Positions 1-64,000 of a DNA stretch of 64,000 bases are shown here, one piece after another; position 1 is the stretch's first letter; every line of letters starts with the position of its first letter. Under the pieces are notes generated by a model, which searched no databases, was not told the origin of the DNA, and saw nothing but the letters and a program-made list of their open reading frames with translations. A program made the translations under genes and the position numbers. The stretch lies in assembly GCF_009914755.1 (NCBI RefSeq), contig NC_060926.1; one strand, 5' to 3'. The stretch is from the human T2T-CHM13v2.0 reference genome, Homo sapiens.

Positions 1-213
1 GTGAGAAGCCTGGGCAAAGCATCTGCACAGACAGGTGTGTGTGGTTGAGCCCACCAGGTCCCACTTTCTCTCATCCCAGTCCCTCCCTAAGGTGCTGCCT
101 AGAATTCTGCACACACATTCTTACTCCCCCAAAGCACAGGGCTTTCTTCCAGATTGCTTTTTGAAGGAGGCGTTTAAACCAGAAGGGCAAAGATGCTGAC
201 ACAGAGTTTGGTT

Positions 214-219
214 TTTATT
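214..219 (-). terminator. Canonical poly(A) signal AATAAA in the HADHA 3' UTR
   Basis: tttatt on the + strand at 214-219. Confidence 0.65.
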
Positions 220-439
220 GTTATGTGTTTGGCTGGGTGCAGAACTGCCCTCACCACCCCTGGCCACCCTGGCCTCTTGGGAGGAACAGGCAGAGAGGTG
301 GCTTCAGATGGCTCTTGGCTGCCACTCTAGGCCTCGGGGCTTATACAATGAGCAGTGGGCTCTACCTTCCAATAGGAAGTGCAAACTAATTCGAAGTCAC
401 ACTTCACCAGGAGGGAGAGATGGTCTTGGCTGAAGGCAC

Positions 440-445
440 TTTAAT
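440..445 (-). terminator. Variant poly(A) signal ATTAAA (proximal)
   Basis: tttaat on the + strand at 440-445. Confidence 0.4.
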
Positions 446-574
446 CAGGGAGCAAACCCAGTGCCGGAGTTTGTCTTCTCGTTACTCTGATAAATCTAGA
501 CACCACTCTGTTGGAGAACCAGCACTGCCGGCAGCTGGGGTTAGTGCACTGACTGAGCGAGGCATGAGGCCTGC

Positions 575-53937
<53,363 letters not shown>

Positions 53938-54279
53938 CTTGAGCTGAAGAGGACAGCAGTGGAGAGCGCCTCTAACGGGTGCGGCCGAGCGGAGGACTTT
54001 TCTCCCGTAGCCTGGCAGCCAGGCGCCTGGAGCACTGCCTGACTAAAACCCAGATGCCGAGTGGCCGCCGGCCCCTTAGCCCTGCCCCTCGCTCCTGGCT
54101 AACATGGCCGAAAGGTCGTATTCTCCGGGGGAGGACGGAGGCCCGGAGAGGAGGGGGTGGAGTGCCTGGTTTTCCAGTCAGGCGGCCGGAGGGCAGCCCT
54201 CAAGAACGGCCCTGACCGCCCGCGGGGTGAGGGGCCCTTTCTGGGCAGGACCCGCCCCTTGGTCCCGCAGAGCCTTGGT
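53938..54279. promoter_or_regulatory. HADHA/HADHB bidirectional TATA-less promoter (includes the short HADHA 5' UTR), with GC boxes such as CCCGCCCC at 54251-54258
   Basis: Divergent first exons ~350 bp apart; GC-rich; the head-to-head arrangement of these genes is established. Confidence 0.9.
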
Positions 54280-54331
54280 ACTTGGACCTGAACCTTGCTC
54301 CGAGAGGGAGTCCTCGCGGACGTCAGCCAAG
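54280..54331 (+). other. HADHB: HADHB exon 1 (non-coding 5' UTR; TSS approximate)
   Basis: ACTTGGACCTGAACC...CAGCCAAG followed by a strong AAG|GTGAGA donor; matches my recollection of the HADHB mRNA leader. Confidence 0.85.
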
Positions 54332-55582
54332 GTGAGACGGCGAGCCCTCAGCTCTCCGCCCGGGCTTTCCCAAAGGCGAGATTCCACTTCCTTCCCCGCA
54401 ACTGTCGCCGGTGCCCCCGGCCCCCTCCCCTCCCTGGGAAAGTGGGAGTTGAGGGAGCGGAAGGAAACTCCTCGGACAAGGTCGGCAGTGCTAGCTGCAG
54501 TTAGGACAGTGACTTGGACTAGCGTTCCAGCTGAAGTTCGGGACAGTAGTGTCACCTGCGCCCTAATTTATCATCACAAGTTAACGAAGTCTGGGGGTGT
54601 GGGGGGGTGTGTGTGTGTGTGGGTGTGTGTGGGCGTGTGTGGGCGTCGGCCTTAATGTAACCCTGGTCTGCGTAGAAGTGTGTGTTGTTTCGCCTGCTTC
54701 CCCTGTACCCAGGTCGGCGGCTATAGAGATTGTGGACGGCGCCATGGGTTTGCCCGATTTCTGCTGTAAAGAATAAGACTAGGTCAGGTGACCTTTCGGG
54801 GCTTGAGTGTGGGAGGAACGGAGACAATCCTCCATCCGGCTCCGTTATCCAGATAATCCTGCGCTCTCGGGGGTTTTCCGATCTGGATGATTATCTATCT
54901 GGTCGTTCACACCTCAGCTCACTTAAGCGGTGAAGAAACTGCCTACGAATCAGAGAGAGTGATTTTACCCATGGCCATATGTAGTAGAAATAAGACTGGA
55001 GCCTAAGTCTACTAACTCCTAGTGAAGAGTTCTTCATTGCATGGTAGCTGTTTTTGTGCTGGAATGATGGGCTGGAGTCCTGGAATAAAGTGATTGATTT
55101 CAAAAGGAAGTCACATTGAGAGCCTGCTGTGCTCTGGTCACCTTCATACCTTTTTGTTTAGTCCTCACATTCCCCAAATTATTATCATTTGCATTTTCTA
55201 GATGAAGTTTGGGAAGCTCAGAATATATACATTTTCTAGTCTGTGACAGACCTAGCATTCAGACATAAGTCTGAGTCTCACTACTCGCCAGACTGACAGC
55301 TCTGCAGGACAGGAAACAAGGGGCATCGAAGTTAAGACTGAAATGAGTATAGAGACAGAGTAGAGAGGTTTCTGTTTAAAGCTCAAGTTGCATAGTGAGT
55401 GCTCATCATGTGAGCACTTTAAGCAGAAACTGGATGACCTGACCACTTCTGAATAAATTGCAAAAAGGATTCTTGATAATCTTACAAGGTTTTTACAGTT
55501 CAGAGCCTGCCTCCTGCCCATGTAATGCTTTCTTCAACACCTAACTGCGTGTAACACTTATTATTTAGGTCAGAAGTGGTAA

Positions 55583-55981
<399 letters not shown>

Positions 55982-56904
55982 TTACAACTCTTTAAAAATG
56001 TGAAAAACTATTTTTAGCTAGAGGCCCGTGTGTTGTAGTTTGCCAATCCCTGATTTAGATCACTCATTTGGCTCCATTTTTTTGCTCCCTGTGCTTTCTC
56101 TACAAAACTAAGCTCCATCAGGGCAGAAATGTTATAATGTTTCTTTGATCCCTAAGCACTTTAGTCCAATGGTTTATATAGAGGGAAACAGTACATTTGT
56201 ATCACCATCTCTACTGGTAATAGCAAACACAGGTATACCCCTAACTGTGTATCAAGCACTGTTTTAAGTGGTGTGTGCACGTGGGTGTGCGTGCGTGTGT
56301 GTGTGTGCGCGTGCGCGTCCTATGTGGTTAAGTAACTGGCTTAAAGTCATACAGCTAGGGTGAATCAGGATTTGGACATAGTCTGGCTTTAGTTCTCTTA
56401 ACCATTACGTTGTGTTTCAAAGTTGTAATAATGAGCTGTTAGAGCCACCCCATCTTGCTTTTGTTTTCATTACTTGCCTAGACTCTTCTTCCTTTCCCTT
56501 GCTCCCAGGTGCCTGCAGCTTCGTGTATCTTTCCATAGTTCACACCTTACTCAGGCTTACCCTAACCAACTCGATCCTACCCTACCCTACCCTGGAGTTT
56601 CCATGCTTTGAATATTTTTACCAAAATTTCTGTTTTCTGAAGTTTAGCAAATGACAGAAAGGTCAGCTCTGCTATAGGATAATTTGCTTAGTCCCTCTTA
56701 CTTTTGAAATCTCTATTTTTTATTAACTATTGAAGGAATACATATTCCATGTAATTTTTTATTCAGAAACTACAGAAAAGTCTAAAGAAAATCTGTAATT
56801 CCACCACCCGGAGATAACTACTTTTAACATTTTGATGTGTATTTTTCTGGACTTTTTAAAATGCATTTGTATATTTGTATATATTTATATAAGATATTGA
56901 TGTA

Positions 56905-57249
56905 CAGTCGGCCCTTGGTATCTGTGAGTTCTACATCCTCAGATTCAACCAATGTCTGAGTGAAAATGTAGTTAGGCCTACAGTGGTTTCATTTGTCCTG
57001 AACATGTACAGACTTTTTTTCTCATCATTATTCCCTAAACGATACAGCATAACGACTATTTACATAGATTTACATTGCATTCGGTATTGTAAGTAGTCTA
57101 GAGATGATTTAGAGTATGCATGAGGATGTGTGTAGGTTCTTTGCAAATAAATACTATGCCATTTTATGTAAAGGACTTGAGCATCCTTGAGGTTTGGTAT
57201 CTGAGGGGGGTTCTGGAACCAATCCCCCTTGGATACTGAGGAACAACAG
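56905..57249. mobile_element. MER2-type Tigger DNA transposon fossil
   Basis: TA|CAGTCGGCCCTTGGTATC...GGAACCAATCCCCC..GGATACTGAGG..|TA. Confidence 0.8.
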
Positions 57250-58042
57250 TATATATAGATTTTAAATAAAACTAGAATTATGCATAAGTAAAATGCTTAT
57301 TTTAAAAAAATTAAAGAGAACAGAAGAATATTAAATAAAAGCCTTTCTTTATCCTTCCATGTCTAGACTCATAGCTTCAGGGACTTTCTTTTCTCTTTCT
57401 CTCTTTCTGTCACAAAATGGTTGTTGTAGTAGGGTTTACTTACCCATTTCCCTATTTTCCAGTTATTCTAATCTATTATTCTAATTTCTAATACACATTG
57501 TTCTGTAGCTTGCTTTTTCATTTAATATATATTATGGACATTTTTCCATGTCAGTATATATACATGTACATCATTTTGTTTCATTTTCTTTTCCAAACTG
57601 CCAAACAGTATTCCATGGTGTGTTTATACTATAACTTACTTAACTGTTTCCTACTGATGTGCATTTAGATTAGTTACGGTTTTCCACAAATATAAACAGT
57701 GCTATAGTGAACACCTTGAGTATTTCTTTTTTTTTTTTTGAGACGGAGTCTCGTTCTGTCTCCTAGGCTGGAGTTCAGTGGCGTAAGCCACCACCCCTGG
57801 CCCACCTTGAGTATTTTACGCTAGAGACCTATATATGCTATACATACATTTTGAATATTTCTATAGGTTAGAGACCAATAAAAGGCATTATTGGACTCAA
57901 AAATTCACATTTTAAATTCTGATCTATAACTACAAAATTGTCATCCCAAAAGGCCTTAGCATTTTACATGTCTTCTAGTGTATGGAAGTGACTATTTAGT
58001 TAGATGCATTCTTACTAGAATTATATATTAACCATATTTTCA

Positions 58043-58443
<401 letters not shown>

Positions 58444-58591
58444 TTATACATTTTGTTTATTTGGCATTTTAATTTCTTCTGTGAATGGCTTGTTTTCTCA
58501 TTCTTGCTTTTGGTCATGTATCAGGAAGGAGTCTTTCAGTTGCAAATAACAGAAAATTCAAATCAAATTGGCTTCTTAAAGGGGATTTATT

Positions 58592-58923
<332 letters not shown>

Positions 58924-59341
58924 TCAGATGGGATTCGGCCAGGACTCTTCTTTTTCCAGAATTCTCAGCTCCGTACTCTTCTGCTTGTTTGGTGTTAGCT
59001 CTATCTTAGCCTAGCTTTGTTAATGTTTGCAAATTGCTGTAGCCATGCCAGGCCTCAGAAGGAAAGATTTGTGTTCCAGAATTATAGGCAGAAGACTTGA
59101 GTGTTAAACTGATGAAACCATCCACAAATCAATACCAGTGGTCAAGGCAATGCCGTGCATGGTTGTTTGAGGCCTTGGTACCTGAATCAATGATCTTGGC
59201 AGAGAGAATGAGATTATTCTGATTGGTTTAAACCCTGGAGTTGGGCTGGATTCAATCCCATGTAAGCCACATACAGCAGCTACATTTGGGTGGAATGGAT
59301 ATTAGAGTACAAACTACAGATTCCATGATAGATTGTTTCTG

Positions 59342-59750
<409 letters not shown>

Positions 59751-59892
59751 TGATTTTAGTATATTTTACTATGTGTATATTTTGAATGTTTATATGATCA
59801 GATCTATTAGTTATTATTTTCTGTTGTACTTCTGGGTTTTGTGCCATATGTTGAAATCCCTTCTCCATCTAAGTGATAAAAATATTCTCTGA

Positions 59893-60168
59893 GGCTGGAT
59901 ATGGTGGCTCATGCTTGTAATCCCAGCATGTTGGGAGGCCGAGGTAGGAGGATTACTTGAGGCTAGGAGTTTGAGACTAGCCTGTCTCTAAAGTTTTTTT
60001 TTTTTTTTTTAATTAGCCAGGCATGGTGGCATGTGCCTGTAGTCTAAGCTACTCAGGAGGCTGAAGCAGGAGGATCCCTTGAGCCCAGGAGTTCCAGATT
60101 GCAGTGACCTATGATCATACCACTGCACTACAGCTTGGGCAACAGAGCGAGACCCTGTCTCTAAAAAA
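59893..60168 (+). mobile_element. Alu (J-type, T-run in the linker)
   Basis: Forward Alu. Confidence 0.85.
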
Positions 60169-60526
60169 TACATACACGTGTGTGTATGTATATATTATAT
60201 TCTCCGATGTTTTCCTCTAGTACTTTTATAGTTAGAATATATATATTTAAAATATATACATTTAAATATTTAATCTGTCTGGCATTTATTTGTGCTTTCG
60301 CTGTGAGCTGCGAACCTAAAATTTTTTCCAAATGTTTAGCCATTTTCCCAGTGAATTCATGGAATAATTTCTTTCTCTCAGCTAACTCAAGTGTTATATT
60401 TATTATACACTAAATTCTTACATACATGGGTCTGCTTCTGAACTGCTACATCCTGTTTTGTTGATCAGTGTCGTTTATTCCTGTGCTAAAGCTGCTCTGT
60501 TTTAATTATTGGTTCTTTCTAGAAAG

Positions 60527-60886
<360 letters not shown>

Positions 60887-61180
60887 TGACAATTTTCATG
60901 AATTTTATTTCAAGATGAACCTTACGTAAGGGAACTTGTAGCCCAGACCCTTGTGGCATTGTAAGTAGCTTCTGAGTGGTGCCTCTCTCATGGGCCTCTT
61001 TGTGTTTCTCTGGCCAGAGTCCTTTGAATATCCCTAGGCTGGTGATCCTAAAGCTTGGGCTTCTCCATCTCTTTCCAATCCACATGTTTGGAACATGTTT
61101 TGTTTTTTTCTTTTCGGAAGCTATAGGACCTCCTTCTTTTAGTCTCTAAAGACCCAAGAGAAGTTAAACCTTAAAGCTTT

Positions 61181-61673
61181 TGTATTATCTATTTCTGTGT
61201 AGCCAATTACCGCCAAATGTAGCAGTTTAAAACAATACATGTTTACCATCTCATAGTTTCTGAAGGTCAGGAATCAAGGGCACTTTAGCTGGGTTGCTCT
61301 GAGTTTCCCATAAGGTGGCTGTCAGAATGTTGGCAGGGCTGGAGTCAGCTGAAAGCTTGCCTGCGCTAGAGGCTCCGCTTCCAAGCTCACTCACATGGCT
61401 GTTGGCAAGAGGCATCAGTTCCTCACCACAGGAGCCTCTTCATAAGGCTGCTCAGGACATGCCACCTGGCTTCTCTCATAGTGGGTGAGCTGAGAGAGAG
61501 ACCACGACAGATGCTGCAGTATCTCTTATAGCCTATCTCAGAAGTGGCATACCATTACTTGTAACATACTTTTTGGTTTATACATTCTGTGATATGGAGA
61601 GGGAGGCAGCTAGACAAGGATGTGAATACCAAGAGGTAGAGATTATTGGGGGGCAACTTGGAGGCTGGCTACC
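61181..61673 (-). mobile_element. MLT1F-like MaLR LTR
   Basis: TTTAAAACAA...GGTCAGGAATC...TTCCAAGCTCACTCACATGGCTGTTGGC...GTGAATACCAAGAGG motifs. Confidence 0.75.
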
Positions 61674-62911
61674 AAAGTCTTTGTTGGTAAATCTTGTGGG
61701 ATTTTTTTGGTTTTGATTTTTTGTTGTTGTTGTTAAAACATGCTTCAAAATTAAGAAATTATAAAAGGTGTGTGATGACAAGTCTTCCACCCCTGACCCC
61801 TAGTTACCCAGTTCCCTTTCTTCCAGCCAACAATTATTTTTAACATCTTTATTATACTTCCAGGGGGATTTTATACTGATACAAGGAAATGTACATAATA
61901 TTTTTCCTCTTTTAACATGAATGATAGCATGCTGTACAGCTATTTTGCACCTTGCTTTCTTCACTTAATGATACAGCTTAAAATGGTTCCGAATTGGTGC
62001 ATAATCATTTCCTTACCTTTTACAGCTGCATAGTATTTCACAGGGGTGTTGTAGCATGGTTTACTTACCCATTTTCCTATTTTTTGGTTATTCTAATTTT
62101 TGACTATTACAGTAACAATATGGATTATGTCCTGTGTGTGAGTAATATCCATGAAGTCAGTTCATGGAAGTGGAATTGCTGGTTCAAACATTAGTTTCAG
62201 TTATAGTTTTCATGGATAATTACCAAATTGCCCTCCCCATGGACTGTGCCAGTTCTCTTGGCAGCAGTATATGAGAATATCTATTTGCACATACTCTTAC
62301 CTACACAGAGTATATATCAAACCTTTGAATCTTTGCTACTTTGAGAGACAATTATATCTGTGGTTTTAATTTGAATTCTTCTTATGAGTGAAATTGAACA
62401 TCTTTTCATATACTTAAGAACCATTTGTATTTCCTTTTCTGTGGTCTGTTCATATTCTGTGCCTATTTGTCTGCTAGTGTTTTCCTTAGTAATCTGTAGG
62501 AACTCATTGTTAGAAATTTAGTCTTTTTTGGAGGGGTGGGGGAAAGTTGTTAATATATTTTACATATTTTTTAACATATAGGGTTATTATATGTTTTACT
62601 TTTTTATTGTTTTGAAACAATACAGTATCAAACTTTGAAAAAGTTGCAAGTGCAGTACTACAAACTTTTTTTAGTAGCAGTTGAGATTAAGTTGCTGACA
62701 TGATGCTTCACCATCCCTATTTAGTGTATATTCCCTTCAGATACAAACATTCCACAAAGCCTTCTACATAATCATAGTACAGCCTTCAGAATCGTGAAAC
62801 TAATACTAATGGTTTTATTATCACGCCTAGCAGTCTCTCTGCTTCTTTGACCCTAAAGGAGAGGAGCACACACTCTAGAGGTAGACTTCCTAGGTTCAAA
62901 TTCCAGCTCTG

Positions 62912-63250
<339 letters not shown>

Positions 63251-63539
63251 ATTCCAGCTCTGCCACTCACTAGTTGTAGGTCTTTTGGCAAGTCACTCAA
63301 TCCTACTATGCCTCAATTTCCTTATCTCTTACAAAGGATGTAATAATCATGCCTCCTTTGTAGGTCATTGTGAAGATTAGATGGTTAATGCTTAGAATAG
63401 TGGTTGCTGCAATGTGAAAACCATGTTGGTGTTCCTATCATAATAATATTATTGGATGAAGAATAGTTGATAAGATTAAGTTTTAATGTTTTCTAGTAGC
63501 CATGGATGAGGTTATCAGAGTTCATAGACTACAATGTAA

Positions 63540-63734
<195 letters not shown>

Positions 63735-63777
63735 TGAATGGTATTGCTTTTTGTAAACAGTTTATTTTGTCTTCCAG

Positions 63778-63822
63778 CCATAAGACCTCTGAGCTGTTCC
63801 TCCCAGCTACGAGCTGCCCCAG
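63778..63822 (+). CDS. HADHB: HADHB exon 3 (45 nt; SIRPLSCSSQLRAAP); the gene continues beyond the window
   Basis: cttccag acceptor; CAG|GTACAG donor; in frame with exon 2. Confidence 0.95.
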
Positions 63823-64000
63823 GTACAGTAATTTGTAAAATAAATATTTCTGATTTAAATGTTAGATTCCAGATTCTATAGTTTGTGAACTCTGAATAAA
63901 AACCAAAACTAATTTGCTAATTCTCCCCTTTTTATGAGCACATGAACATCTCTGTTGCCTTCAAATTAAAAAATTATAGGTCCAATCAATAATGATACTA

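Larger units (their letters stand above)
1..574 (-). other. HADHA: HADHA 3' UTR (may continue beyond the window start)
   Basis: Follows the stop codon and contains poly(A) hexamers. Confidence 0.8.

Noticed and set aside
54104-54655. 183-aa unspliced ORF and neighbouring ORFs (53519..53947, 53655..54035, 54178..54555)
   Set aside because: Stops are rare in a GC-rich CpG island and no domain is recognisable; only the spliced uORF version is kept as a finding

Overview
Human genomic DNA (Alu/L1-rich; recognised from memory as chr2p23.3) covering the mitochondrial trifunctional protein locus. The complete coding region of HADHA (alpha subunit; 20 coding exons, minus strand, ATG at 53937, stop at 575-577) splices through canonical GT-AG junctions into a 2292-nt, 763-aa ORF. 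HADHA lies head-to-head, across a ~350-bp CpG-island bidirectional promoter, with the 5' end of HADHB (beta subunit/thiolase; plus strand: non-coding exon 1, then coding exons 2-3). The HADHB allele here has an extra Thr (MTTILTY). Introns contain about 50 Alus, an old L1 interrupted by a decayed ERV-L provirus (itself interrupted by an MLT1B LTR), MaLR LTRs and DNA-transposon fossils. Repeat boundaries and subfamily names are approximate and assigned by eye. I found no new multi-gene system; this is a well-known locus. The best unexplained candidates are: (1) a strong-Kozak upstream ORF that, after splicing, stops on a UGA overlapping the HADHB start codon; (2) an in-frame, stop-free 87-nt final intron of HADHA with a weak donor; (3) in-frame ATGs just upstream of HADHA exon 8; (4) a TISU/YY1-like start context in HADHA; (5) a perfect nuclear-receptor inverted repeat in HADHB intron 1.
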